IMG/VR virus record: IMGVR_UViG_3300030376_003719
Span: 1-34,059 of that record
From: a virus
Lineage: Duplodnaviria; Caudoviricetes
DNA length: 34,059 nucleotides
Direction: 5' to 3' (one strand)
The position numbers and the translations under genes are program-made. Below, piece by piece: positions 1 through 9,199 of the stretch (its first letter is position 1; each line of letters starts with the position of its first letter). The notes beneath the pieces are model-generated. The model did no database searches, had not been told where the DNA came from, and worked only from the letters and a program-made list of their open reading frames with translations.

Positions 1-2
1 CA

Positions 3-260
3 TCGGCAACCTTTGGTCTTGGAGAGTCCAACGCCCTCAACATTGATGGCACCGCAAGCGCAGATCCAGACGGTACTGATAACGTCTTTCATGTCATGGA
101 ACTTGACCTGAAGAAGCGCAAGCGTTTTCTTGACGTTTCTGGAACTGCCGGAGGCACTTGCCTCACTGCGGTTTTTGCAATTCTGTCCAAGGACAACAAC
201 AGCGCAGTGAACTCCGATTCGCTGTCTGACCGTGGCATGACTGGGTGCATTCGCGCCTGA
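3..260 (+). CDS. C-terminal part of probable capsid decoration/cement protein (5' truncated)
   Basis: Manually translated open frame SATFGLGESN...ELDLKKRKRFLDVSGTAGG...GCIRA* (TGA 258-260); KR[YF]L-type motif and position between capsid and head-tail connector. Confidence 0.6.
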   Translation, partial: SATFGLGESNALNIDGTASADPDGTDNVFHVMELDLKKRKRFLDVSGTAGGTCLTAVFAILSKDNNSAVNSDSLSDRGMTGCIRA

Positions 261-278
261 TCTCTCAGCCCCCTTTCG

Positions 279-323
279 CTCCGGGCGGGTCTACGACTCG
301 CCTCTAGGCCCGCCCGGAGATTT
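279..323 (+). terminator. GC-rich hairpin, probable terminator/attenuator after the capsid genes
   Basis: CTCCGGGCGGGTCTA (279-293) pairs with TAGGCCCGCCCGGAG (305-319), one G-U; only a short T run follows. Confidence 0.55.
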
Positions 324-334
324 ACGGAATACAC

Positions 335-1198
335 ATGGCACTTGCAGCAAACGCTCTCACAACCGTCGCTGATCTCAAGACATATCTTGGTATCACCGTC
401 ACCACTGATGACACTCTTATCGAGACGATCATCAACAACGTGTCGGACCAGATCGAGAGATGGTGTGATCGAAAGTTTGTAGCCAGTACCTTCAAGGAGT
501 ACATCACCGCTAGAGGTGATCGTACTCTTGCGGTGGACAACCCACCCATCATCTCGGTCGATGTCGTTGCGTTTGGAACTCAGGACGCAATCCGGGTTTC
601 TAGCAACGTATCGACAGACCTCATGGCAACTGTTGCTGTTGAGGAAAGCCAGGTCAGGTTGTTTCGAGTAGCCAGCGACGGAACAGCGACAACCACAAAC
701 CTGACCTTTGCTAGTTATCCGACAACCGCAACACTTGCAACAGCCATTGCAGCCGTGACCGGATACACTGCAAGCAAGCAGGTTGATGCACCGACGTTCA
801 TGCTGCACCGAACTGGTGGTCGGGATGTCATGACCTCGACGTTTGCAATTACATATCCTGATGACGCAGAAAGTGACTATCGCGTTGACTACGAGCGCGG
901 TCTGTTGCACATCAAGTCGGATGCGTTTCCGCGTACTGTCGAAGGCACGCTGCTGAATAACAGGTTCCCAAACCAGTTTGAAAGCGTGTTCATCCAGTAC
1001 AGCGGTGGTTACAGCACGATTCCCAACGCACTAGTGCAGGCGGCCTTCGAGCTTTGTAGCGATGCGTATCAGGGCCGCGACCGCGACCGTGGTATCCAAA
1101 GCGAGTCAATCGGTGATTACTCGTACACGATGTCTGACCCCTCGTCCTGGCCGGAGCATGTGCTTGCACTGCTTGGGCCGTTCAGGAGGATCCGTTGA
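335..1198 (+). CDS. Head-tail connector/adaptor (HK97 gp6 / SPP1 gp15-like) with internal insertion
   Basis: LTTVADLKTYLGI...DDTLIETII...IERWCDRKF N-terminus; Y.GGY..IP.ALVQA and SESIGDYSY...LLGPFRR C-terminus. Confidence 0.85.
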   Translation: MALAANALTTVADLKTYLGITVTTDDTLIETIINNVSDQIERWCDRKFVASTFKEYITARGDRTLAVDNPPIISVDVVAFGTQDAIRVSSNVSTDLMATVAVEESQVRLFRVASDGTATTTNLTFASYPTTATLATAIAAVTGYTASKQVDAPTFMLHRTGGRDVMTSTFAITYPDDAESDYRVDYERGLLHIKSDAFPRTVEGTLLNNRFPNQFESVFIQYSGGYSTIPNALVQAAFELCSDAYQGRDRDRGIQSESIGDYSYTMSDPSSWPEHVLALLGPFRRIR

Positions 1199-1545
1199 GT
1201 CTCATCAGCCTGATACAAACAAGAGGGGTCAACGCCCGTGTGTTTCGCGCTACCTTTCGCACAGATGGCGTGGGTACAAGGAAGAAGACCTTCAACCCTA
1301 GACCACGCATGAAGATGTATGTGGCGGCGCGTTCTTCTGACGAGCGGTGGACTGGAGACAGGCAGACAGTTGTAGAAACTGCAACACTGTATGTTGAGGG
1401 TGGGTCTGACATTGAAACGACTGACCGCGTTGAGATTGACGGTATCATGTTCGAGGTGACCGGGAAGCGAACGCCTGGACACCGCAAGGCTGGTGACAGG
1501 CACTTCTATCACATCCTGTCCGCCGCAAGTGATTCGAGTCTCTGA
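1195..1545 (+). CDS. Head closure (stopper) protein
   Basis: 116 aa, DI..TDRVEIDG..FEV motif; follows the connector with overlapping stop/start. Confidence 0.7.
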   Translation: MSLISLIQTRGVNARVFRATFRTDGVGTRKKTFNPRPRMKMYVAARSSDERWTGDRQTVVETATLYVEGGSDIETTDRVEIDGIMFEVTGKRTPGHRKAGDRHFYHILSAASDSSL

Positions 1546-2027
1546 TGGCGCGTGACCTAAAAATCGACGTGATCTTCTCGTTTCCAATTGACGAAATCAA
1601 GAAGGCTATCAGTCGTGCAGCAGACCGGGCGGTGACCGCTACTGTGATTGAAACGCAAGCGCGTCTGACAGAAAAACTCAGTGAGTATGGAACCGGCAAG
1701 GTATACAAAAGAAAAGGCAGATACCACCGTGCGTCCCGCAGGGGTAGACCTCCAGCCGCTGACACCAATATGCTGAGGCTGTCTTTCACCACAGGTATGC
1801 GTGTTGAACGTCGTACAACAGAAAAGACTGTTGACGCGAAGATGAAGCAGGGTGTGAACTTTGGTTCTGCGCTCAAGTACGCACCGATCCTTGAAGATCC
1901 AGAAAAACTCAACAGACCGTACCTTGCGCCAACTGTCCGCGAAATGAAACGCGACAGAGTGTTGCGAGACTTTATGGCGCGTGCCCTTCTGCAAGAAGAA
2001 CCCTTCATCAACGCATTGGTGAAATAA
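1545..2027 (+). CDS. Neck/tail component (HK97 gp10-like)
   Basis: Basic protein with AS..G.PPA.DT..LR.S, KYAPILE and RPYLAP motifs; synteny. Confidence 0.75.
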   Translation: MARDLKIDVIFSFPIDEIKKAISRAADRAVTATVIETQARLTEKLSEYGTGKVYKRKGRYHRASRRGRPPAADTNMLRLSFTTGMRVERRTTEKTVDAKMKQGVNFGSALKYAPILEDPEKLNRPYLAPTVREMKRDRVLRDFMARALLQEEPFINALVK

Positions 2028-2458
2028 TGGCCGTTTCAATTGACCAATCTGTGTACGAAAAGCTGACGGACGACAAGACCGCCACGTCTATCTATGGCCT
2101 GGTTGATGGTCGCATTTCCGCAGAGTACGCAGCCTATGCAGCCAAGTACCCCTACCTTGTGTTTGACAAAACATCGTCTACGACACAGGCACTGAGCTTC
2201 GCAGCCAACCCAGCTTTGATCCACGATTGCCGATACCAGATTCAGGTGTTCGGCCAATGGGAAGATGGGGTCGAGGAAATTCACGAAATTGGGGACATGG
2301 TTGTGGACCTGTTCAGCTTTTTCACAGATACCTCTGTGACCAACTTTGAGAAAATACACTACAGCGTTCTTTCAGGAACCACGGTTGAAAGAGCCGATGA
2401 TCTATTGGTGGCTGGTGTTCAGCTACGCGCTTATGGTGTTCAAACGACGGGACTATAA
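2027..2458 (+). CDS. Tail terminator/completion protein
   Basis: LVDGRI...YPYLVF...YQIQVF pattern, acidic, immediately before tail tube. Confidence 0.75.
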   Translation: MAVSIDQSVYEKLTDDKTATSIYGLVDGRISAEYAAYAAKYPYLVFDKTSSTTQALSFAANPALIHDCRYQIQVFGQWEDGVEEIHEIGDMVVDLFSFFTDTSVTNFEKIHYSVLSGTTVERADDLLVAGVQLRAYGVQTTGL

Positions 2459-2460
2459 CA

Positions 2461-2856
2461 ATGGCAGCTATTCTTGGCTCTGAAGGACTGTGCGTTCTTC
2501 CCTCTGGACATGACGCTCTGTTTCAAACTTGGTCATGTACGTTCAGCAACGTAGTCAACGATATCACCTCTTTTGGAAACACTGGCGTTGTTCGACGACT
2601 TGGCATCTCCGACGCACAGGGGTCGGCTGGTGGATTTTTGCAGGACGGGTCTGCTGACCCCGGCGTGCTTACTGCTGAAAACGCGGTTGGTGCTACTGGT
2701 AGTGCAATGACGCTCACGGCGCAGGACGGCAACACGTTTGCATTCAGCGCAGTCATTGACCAGATCTCTGTGTCCTCTGCGGTCAACGGCGATGCGTCTG
2801 TGACATTCAACTTTTTGATGGCTGATTCTGATGGGGTCACTCAGACTTGGGGCTGA
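2461..2856 (+). CDS. Major tail tube protein
   Basis: 131 aa beta-rich; W...DITSFG...G..D..GS and 'ISVSSAVNGDASVTFNF' pattern; synteny. Confidence 0.7.
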   Translation: MAAILGSEGLCVLPSGHDALFQTWSCTFSNVVNDITSFGNTGVVRRLGISDAQGSAGGFLQDGSADPGVLTAENAVGATGSAMTLTAQDGNTFAFSAVIDQISVSSAVNGDASVTFNFLMADSDGVTQTWG

Positions 2857-3128
2857 TTACTAGCAGCACAAAATTGCAGACTGGCGACGATTGGTGCGTT
2901 GTTTTTGCCATCGAAGGCGGTGGCACCAAGACAATTTACGTCGAGCCAGAGGTAGATGAAAAGCGTGCGGTGTGGGCTGCAATTGGTACGATACGAGCCT
3001 TGCAACTGAAATGGGTAGACTACAAGGCGCGAAGGAGATACCAAATTGACCCACATTTCAATCGACCGGAATGGAAAGAGTTACCACGTTCCCGAAGCGA
3101 CCGTAAGCGACTTGATGAGCCTGCTTGA
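2847..3128 (+). CDS. Hypothetical protein between tail tube and chaperone (start uncertain)
   Basis: Fills the gap on the coding strand; no ATG, only TTG/CTG/ATT candidates. Confidence 0.5.
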   Translation: MGLITSSTKLQTGDDWCVVFAIEGGGTKTIYVEPEVDEKRAVWAAIGTIRALQLKWVDYKARRRYQIDPHFNRPEWKELPRSRSDRKRLDEPA

Positions 3129-3462
3129 GCAGCAGTTTGAGGCAAGCAGGCTGGAGCTTATAGCCGACCTCGAAGTTGTCGGAGCGACAGCCTTGGAAAA
3201 GGTTGATGCGCTCAAAGAGCTTAGGGCAACTAAAGGCTTGACCTCGAACCTGATGCGCTCTGCGTTTGAACTGCAAGGCGCAACACAGATCATCAAGCAC
3301 ATCTGCAAGCCAGAGGACGTGGAAGAGATTCTCCAGGCTTCACCTGATGACCTTGTATGGCTTGCTCTCAAGATCCTCGGTTACGAGGCCGCAGATCCGA
3401 CAGAAGAAGAGGAGCAGGATCCAGATGAGGGAAAACCGAGCAGCCAAGGGACTTCTACCTAG
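3046..3462 (+). CDS. Tail assembly chaperone (lambda gpG analogue)
   Basis: Acidic helical protein upstream of the tape measure; GGAG RBS; slippery G GGA AAA near the 3' end. Confidence 0.75.
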   Translation: MTHISIDRNGKSYHVPEATVSDLMSLLEQQFEASRLELIADLEVVGATALEKVDALKELRATKGLTSNLMRSAFELQGATQIIKHICKPEDVEEILQASPDDLVWLALKILGYEAADPTEEEEQDPDEGKPSSQGTST

Positions 3463-3650
3463 AGGCCGCCACCTTGGCTCATCACATGCCCGGAATTGGC
3501 AACCCGTTGCTATTGACCCTTCGCCAGTTTTCGGGCTTGGCGCGGGGTTGTGCCGATGTACTAAAAGACAACTCTGGTTCTGATGCTTCTACAGACCATC
3601 GCTCAAACGTCGAGCGGGAAATGGCAAAGCTAAATGGCAGGCGCGGGTAA
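3429..3650 (+). CDS. -1 frameshift extension of the tail chaperone (gpGT analogue)
   Basis: X XXY YYZ heptamer G-GGA-AAA at 3429-3435; -1 frame reads GKTEQPRDFYLEAATLAHHMPGIGNPL...EMAKLNGRRG* to TAA 3648-3650, filling the gap to the tape measure. Confidence 0.8.
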   Translation, partial: GKTEQPRDFYLEAATLAHHMPGIGNPLLLTLRQFSGLARGCADVLKDNSGSDASTDHRSNVEREMAKLNGRRG

Positions 3651-5067
3651 ACTTGAAATTGATGTCCAGGTCAGGCTGGACAAGCTCGAAACGCAGCTTG
3701 TCAAAGTCGAGCAGGCTGTCATGCAGACCGGCAAAAAGGTTGAGAAGACCGCTGGCCGGTTTGACTCGATGGCTAAGGGTATCAGCAAGGCCACGCTGCT
3801 TGCTGGCAAACTTGTTGTAGCGGTAACGGCAATTGCTGGTGTAGTCAAAATTGCAGAGGCAGGCACGCAGTTGTTCAAGGCTGCGTTCCGAGCTTTGTCG
3901 GGCGATGCTGCTGGTGCCGAAAAAGCAATTGCAGCTTTTGGCGAAACCATTCGCAGCTTGCCTGTTGTTGGCGGAATCATCGGCGGCATCGCAGACGCAT
4001 TTGTGTCTTTGCTCGAAGAGATCAGTGGTGTCAGAGAAGAGCTTGAACGTCTAGAAAAAGAGTTGGTCAAGGTTACGGCTCAGGCAGCGTTGGCATCACA
4101 AGCACTTGACATAAAAAGACAGAACAACGACCTCAAGCTACAGATAGAAATGTTGAAGTCTAAGAGCGACTTTCACAAGGCCGACATTGCCCTCGCTATT
4201 CAAATGAATGGCCTTGAGCAAAAAAGGCGCAAGATGCTCACTGACATTACGAACGAACACACAAAGGGATCGCGGGCGCACCAGGTTGCGTCTGACCAGA
4301 TCAATGAGCAGATTGATTTGCAAAAAGAGATTTTGCAAATACAGCACGATCAAAACGATGAGCGCATGACCGCGCAAAAAACGGAAGCAAAAAGAGCAGA
4401 AGAACTGGCGGCAGCCAAGCAGAAACTCCGCGAAGAAGCGCAAGCGTTGAAGCAGATTGAAAACGCTGAAGGCACTATTGCATCACTCGAAGACCAGTTG
4501 CGTATTGCAACCGCACTGACTGACGCTGACAAACGCAGGGCCACCATGATGGCGCAGCAGAACCAAATCATGCGCGAGTTTGCGGAACAACAAAAGCGGA
4601 TCAATGAAGACGAAACACTGAGCAATCAACAAAGAGAAAAGCTGTTGGGATTGTTGAATCAGGAAAAGAACCTGAAGATTGATCTCGTCAGGCTTGCTGA
4701 CGACGCTGCTAGAGAAGCAGAGCGCGAAGCAGAAGCGCAAAAGATAAAAGAAGAAGCTCTTCGTAAACAAGGCGAACACTTGCGGGAGCAAAAGAGACTG
4801 CTTGAAGTGCAGCAAGGACTTGATTCTAAAAGAGCAGGGGAACTGGAAAGAAGACTTGGCCTGGCAAGCGCAACCAACGCGCCAACCAAGTCGGGCTTCA
4901 CCGAAACGGCAAGCACCGCTATGGGATCGTTCACGTTTGGTGAGCAAGGCGCACAAGACAAAATCAAAGAACTGCAAAAAGAACAACTCGACTTGCAGAA
5001 GACTATGGAACAACGCTTGCAAAACATAGAAAAGTTCGCGCAGCAAATGGCGCAGGGTGGTTTCTGA
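3634..5067 (+). CDS. Tape measure protein (short, 477 aa)
   Basis: AGKLEIDV N-terminus, hydrophobic Ala/Gly stretch, long E/K/Q coiled coil; position after chaperones. Confidence 0.8.
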   Translation: MAGAGKLEIDVQVRLDKLETQLVKVEQAVMQTGKKVEKTAGRFDSMAKGISKATLLAGKLVVAVTAIAGVVKIAEAGTQLFKAAFRALSGDAAGAEKAIAAFGETIRSLPVVGGIIGGIADAFVSLLEEISGVREELERLEKELVKVTAQAALASQALDIKRQNNDLKLQIEMLKSKSDFHKADIALAIQMNGLEQKRRKMLTDITNEHTKGSRAHQVASDQINEQIDLQKEILQIQHDQNDERMTAQKTEAKRAEELAAAKQKLREEAQALKQIENAEGTIASLEDQLRIATALTDADKRRATMMAQQNQIMREFAEQQKRINEDETLSNQQREKLLGLLNQEKNLKIDLVRLADDAAREAEREAEAQKIKEEALRKQGEHLREQKRLLEVQQGLDSKRAGELERRLGLASATNAPTKSGFTETASTAMGSFTFGEQGAQDKIKELQKEQLDLQKTMEQRLQNIEKFAQQMAQGGF

Positions 5068-5900
5068 TGGGCAATGTCAAAGAGTTGCACAACACAAGGG
5101 CATTGAGTGTTGGAGAAGGGGCCGCAACACTTCGCAAGTCGTATGTGTTTGAGGGCTACACTGACGAGCGTTCTGTGACCGAAGTTTTCGGGCAAACTGT
5201 TGTCAACGACGATAGCACGACTACAGTTGTGCCATTCGTCAGGGGCAGGCATAGCCAGTTTGACCCAGACGGTTGGCCGTTTTTGTTTTGCTACAAGTTT
5301 GATCTTGTCAAGATGCCTGGTAGCAATGACACTTGGCGCGTTGATTATGAGTTCAGATCAATACAGCCGCCTCCCCTCACAACCAACAACAACAGTGTTT
5401 CACAGGGGCCAGAAGAGGTTGGCTTTGAAGAACTCACGGGCAGGGTTACCGGCAGCTTTGACAACGTGTATCGCGTCGGGTTTTCGGTTTCTGACGGAGC
5501 AAGCATCGAGAATGACATCGGCGGCAAAGGTGTTGACGTGGCCGGTACGCCTACCAGCACTTTCAGGTCTAGGTACGAAATACAACTGTCGAAGACATCA
5601 TTTCAACAATTCGACAGAGAGATTGCGTCATACGGCGCACAGGTAGGCACACGAACCAGCCGCGAGTTGTTTGGCATTGATGCTGGATTCCTGTTGTATC
5701 AAGGGGCAAACGTACAGAGAATCACACACAACTCGTACCGAGTAAGTCACACATGGCTGTTCGACGAGTTTGCCCACCTTATACAAGCTCCTCTGTACAC
5801 TGCAAACGGCGGACTGCCTTTGAACGACGAGGGCAGGGCCGAGACTGTGTATGCAGTTCAACCTTTCGATTTAGGCGATTCACACCTTTTTGCAAAGTAG
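5067..5900 (+). CDS. Probable distal tail/tail-tip protein
   Basis: Directly after the tape measure, translationally coupled; beta-rich with aromatic residues. Confidence 0.55.
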   Translation: MGNVKELHNTRALSVGEGAATLRKSYVFEGYTDERSVTEVFGQTVVNDDSTTTVVPFVRGRHSQFDPDGWPFLFCYKFDLVKMPGSNDTWRVDYEFRSIQPPPLTTNNNSVSQGPEEVGFEELTGRVTGSFDNVYRVGFSVSDGASIENDIGGKGVDVAGTPTSTFRSRYEIQLSKTSFQQFDREIASYGAQVGTRTSRELFGIDAGFLLYQGANVQRITHNSYRVSHTWLFDEFAHLIQAPLYTANGGLPLNDEGRAETVYAVQPFDLGDSHLFAK

Positions 5901-5904
5901 ATAA

Positions 5905-6285
5905 ATGGCTAACGAACTCACAATCACAACAAGCGCACAGTACGAAAAGAACAACCACGAACTGAGCTTCACTCCTCCAGCCATCCAAGTGACGGTTTCA
6001 GGAGAAGAACACACCGCAGGGGTGCAAACACTCAGCACAACCCATGCACCACTCGCGTTGAACGATGTCATTGCGGCAGAACAGGGCTGGGCGTGGTTCC
6101 GTAACATTGGAACCAGCGCAGACAGTCACATCAAGGTTGGCGTGAACAACGCAGACAACAGCTTCACCGAGGTATTCAACCTCAAGGGTGGCGAGTACGC
6201 TATCATGCGCCTTGGCAACACGGCACTGTACGCTGAGTCAAGCACGGGTACTCTACACTTGCAGTACAGCATTCTTGAGGACTAA
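5905..6285 (+). CDS. Small beta-rich virion protein
   Basis: 126 aa MANELTIT..., WFRN...LKGGE jelly-roll-like pattern; tail module. Confidence 0.5.
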   Translation: MANELTITTSAQYEKNNHELSFTPPAIQVTVSGEEHTAGVQTLSTTHAPLALNDVIAAEQGWAWFRNIGTSADSHIKVGVNNADNSFTEVFNLKGGEYAIMRLGNTALYAESSTGTLHLQYSILED

Positions 6286-6291
6286 AGCGCG

Positions 6292-7257
6292 ATGGTTCAC
6301 ATCCCCAAGGGCAGGAGCGGAAATCTACGGGCAGATCAGATCAACGAGATGTCCAGGAAGTCCGACTCGGCAATCACTTCAAGTGAAGGGCAAACGCCCT
6401 TGCCGCCTATTCCTCCGCCAATGGGTTCTGGACGCTATCCGATCCATGTCCGCCTCGGCACTTGTGTCACAGAAGAAGACGGCTTGTGCGATGAAAGGGA
6501 TGATGACAATGAGGACGGCAAAAAGGGTGGCGAGGAACCAGTAGGCATCTCGTACCGACACGGATACGAATGGCAAGAAGTCATGTTCGACCGTGACGAA
6601 ATGAAATGGGTTGACGCAGAGGGAGGAAGATCAAACTCCTGCTTCGACCCAGCCTATGCAATTGGTGTCGATGCCTCGCAGGACTATGGTGCAATGCCTG
6701 AGTTCAACGGGCAGCACGCGATGTTGTTTCCAAGCAACGATTCACTTGGCAGGCCATTGCTTGTGTTCGAGCCGCCAGCAGACCAAGGGGGTCTGTTTCC
6801 GGCGTTGGTCGTCACGCAAGCTGGTACAGATTGCAACATAGACAGCAATGCTTTCTACGGATTGAGAAGACTAGAACTGCAAATCACACCAATAGGCACG
6901 CCTTTCTATAGTGTTGTCAGCCAAGACATACTGCAAGCCACGAACTTGGCTGAATACAACGGAAGCTACTTTGGGGCGCAGGTGCAGACTGGTGATGGCG
7001 GGTGTCAGGTTGCTTGGTCGCCAACACCAATACCAGCCAACGCACTGGTGTTTGCAAAGCTGCTGACTGTAAGCGAAGGCGAAAGCTACTATGGGTTCTT
7101 CGCAATCAACGACGAGTGCATCACTTGCTGCGAAGAAGGTGGTTTTGCGACGACCTCGCGGCCAGTAGCGCATCCCGCAGAGAAGATGCCCAACTGGATT
7201 GCTGCGAGAACACAGACAAGCAGCCTGTCTAACATTGACACGGAGATGAGAAAATGA
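6292..7257 (+). CDS. Tail-associated protein
   Basis: 321 aa; L.ADQINEM N-terminal motif, YEWQEV and ATNLAE repeats-like segments, several Cys. Confidence 0.5.
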   Translation: MVHIPKGRSGNLRADQINEMSRKSDSAITSSEGQTPLPPIPPPMGSGRYPIHVRLGTCVTEEDGLCDERDDDNEDGKKGGEEPVGISYRHGYEWQEVMFDRDEMKWVDAEGGRSNSCFDPAYAIGVDASQDYGAMPEFNGQHAMLFPSNDSLGRPLLVFEPPADQGGLFPALVVTQAGTDCNIDSNAFYGLRRLELQITPIGTPFYSVVSQDILQATNLAEYNGSYFGAQVQTGDGGCQVAWSPTPIPANALVFAKLLTVSEGESYYGFFAINDECITCCEEGGFATTSRPVAHPAEKMPNWIAARTQTSSLSNIDTEMRK

Positions 7258-7658
7258 CATCAACCATGTTGTTTCAGTACGACAGCGCAACCGAGAACAG
7301 CACTGTCACAACAGGTGACCAGATGTTCGTCGCGCCTGATGGTGGCATCACGATGCTGACTGCATTGTGGCTTTGTCCGGGTTCTGGCGGCACTTCAAAT
7401 GTAGTCAGAATACACCACGCAAAAAACCTTGGCACGCCCACTGCTGCGAACATGATCTACAGAGGCATGTCTTCTTTCAGAAACACAATCAGCGACCAGT
7501 ACGCTAGTGTCAAGCTGATTATGGAACCAGGCGATGTCCTGTATGGCGCACTACACAGTGGCGATGCAATAGTCATCACGGGCTACGGCATCCTTAGTAG
7601 TGGCAGCGTTGAAGCAAGCCAAGCTACAGGCGGATTGCCAGCAGCCCCCGGCTATTGA
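7254..7658 (+). CDS. Small beta-sandwich virion protein
   Basis: 134 aa, LIMEPGDVL...ITGYG pattern; coupled to neighbour. Confidence 0.5.
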   Translation: MTSTMLFQYDSATENSTVTTGDQMFVAPDGGITMLTALWLCPGSGGTSNVVRIHHAKNLGTPTAANMIYRGMSSFRNTISDQYASVKLIMEPGDVLYGALHSGDAIVITGYGILSSGSVEASQATGGLPAAPGY

Positions 7659-7670
7659 TCGGGGTGAATC

Positions 7671-8924
7671 ATGTTGCAGCTTGCTTGTTGTTGTAAACCT
7701 CCAGAACCAGTGCCGTGCGAAAACGACTTGTTGTGTGGCGACTTCTCTGACAACAGGGCTGCTATTGAGATGTTCAGGTGTTGCGGGACCAAGGCAGAGA
7801 TTACACACCCGATCATGGATGAAAGTGGATCTTGGGTTGATGTGACGTATGAGACATCATTCATGTCTTTCACGCACTCAGTCAATGGTGCTGCATCTGG
7901 TGTTTGGCACCAACTGCCAAGGGTTTTAGGGTCTGGTGAAGGCATAGGTTCAGCAGTTGGCTTGTCCAGCCCTCCTAGTGGTGCAACTTGCACAGTGCAT
8001 CTCAAAAAACTTTTTGCAAATGGTCAAGCTACAGATGAATGGGCCATTGCTGGCGAATTCGGTGCTTGGGAAAAATCAGACTTCACTTTGCCTAGCGGAG
8101 CAACAGACGAAGAAGCATACGCGCACTTTCTGTTGAACTCAGGAGAGGTTGTATGTGGGAGCATACAGCGACGAAGTAGTGGTGACCCAGGCAGATCGTG
8201 GAAAGGCTCACAAGACAGCGATTGCACATACTATCCACCAGCACCTGTTGTCGAAGAGTATTCGATAAGACGTGGCTTGTTGTCTATGAACCTCATCACA
8301 AATTCGTCGCCACGCAACCATAGACTCAAAAACTTTGACCACCCTGATTGGGGTCTTGAAGACGACAACTTGCACGACTGGATGAGAGGTTGGCAGGCAT
8401 ACATAGTTGGTGCCAACCTTGTTGCGTCTTGTCCGGGACCAAACAACACAACCGGGTGGTCAAACGCATACCACGTTGCTATTGAATACATACCTGACCA
8501 GTACATTGGTTCACCTGCTCCCGGAGATCAACCCGGCATAAACACAAACACGATCCACTCAAATTGCTTCAATCAATTTGATTCTGACAGCGATTGCCTG
8601 CGACAGTGTTTGACTGAATCAATTTTTGGATCCATGAACTACGGTGTACCGCTTGGTCCAAGAAGTAGCTGCATAAGCAGCGCACATTACTGCTTCGACG
8701 CACCTGATTTGTGCAATGGACAATTCGGTGAGTGCAACACAGGTTGTGGTTGTTATGTACTTTGGGACTATTCGATAGATAGAAGATGCACAGGTTCTTG
8801 CCGCGAGATTGCTGAGTCGTTGGTTTGCGAGGGTGCCAACTGCTCTTGCATACCAGAAGCTCTTGAAGCCTGTTGGAAAACCGCCATTGGTTCAACACCC
8901 CCTTGCAGTGGATTCATGTCATGA
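7671..8924 (+). CDS. Cysteine-rich tail/receptor-binding candidate
   Basis: 417 aa, N-terminal ACCC, about 27 Cys by manual count clustered at both ends. Confidence 0.55.
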   Translation: MLQLACCCKPPEPVPCENDLLCGDFSDNRAAIEMFRCCGTKAEITHPIMDESGSWVDVTYETSFMSFTHSVNGAASGVWHQLPRVLGSGEGIGSAVGLSSPPSGATCTVHLKKLFANGQATDEWAIAGEFGAWEKSDFTLPSGATDEEAYAHFLLNSGEVVCGSIQRRSSGDPGRSWKGSQDSDCTYYPPAPVVEEYSIRRGLLSMNLITNSSPRNHRLKNFDHPDWGLEDDNLHDWMRGWQAYIVGANLVASCPGPNNTTGWSNAYHVAIEYIPDQYIGSPAPGDQPGINTNTIHSNCFNQFDSDSDCLRQCLTESIFGSMNYGVPLGPRSSCISSAHYCFDAPDLCNGQFGECNTGCGCYVLWDYSIDRRCTGSCREIAESLVCEGANCSCIPEALEACWKTAIGSTPPCSGFMS

Positions 8925-9199
8925 GCGCAGAAAACGAAACAAGGCCAAGCGGGTGCAGGTATGCGGAACAATTAGCCGATACCGGAGAATGGGTGTGCAG
9001 CCTCAATCTGTGCCACAACGATGACTTGCTGTCGTGCTGCAAGACATGCGAGGAGTACGATGGCGCGGTGCGAGGTCTTGGCGACGTGGTAGCCAGAGCA
9101 ACAAAGGCGGTCGGCATCAAGCCTTGTGGGCGATGCCAGAAGCGCAGAGAGCGAATGAACAAAATGACCCAAAACCTTTTTGAGAGACGCAGCAAATGA
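8921..9199 (+). CDS. Small Cys-rich protein with GLGD...GIKPCxxC motif
   Basis: ATGA overlap at 8921; GLGDVVARATKAVGIKPCGRCQKRRERMN. Confidence 0.65.
   Translation: MSAENETRPSGCRYAEQLADTGEWVCSLNLCHNDDLLSCCKTCEEYDGAVRGLGDVVARATKAVGIKPCGRCQKRRERMNKMTQNLFERRSK

Noticed and set aside
89-910. 273-aa minus-strand ORF and other long minus ORFs (9318-10010, 24194-24883, 31193-31822 etc.)
   Set aside because: Antisense shadows of well-supported + strand genes; no motifs or RBS
3266-3583. 105-aa ORF as the chaperone extension
   Set aside because: It is the +1 frame; the slippery site leads to the -1 frame, which reaches the tape measure gene
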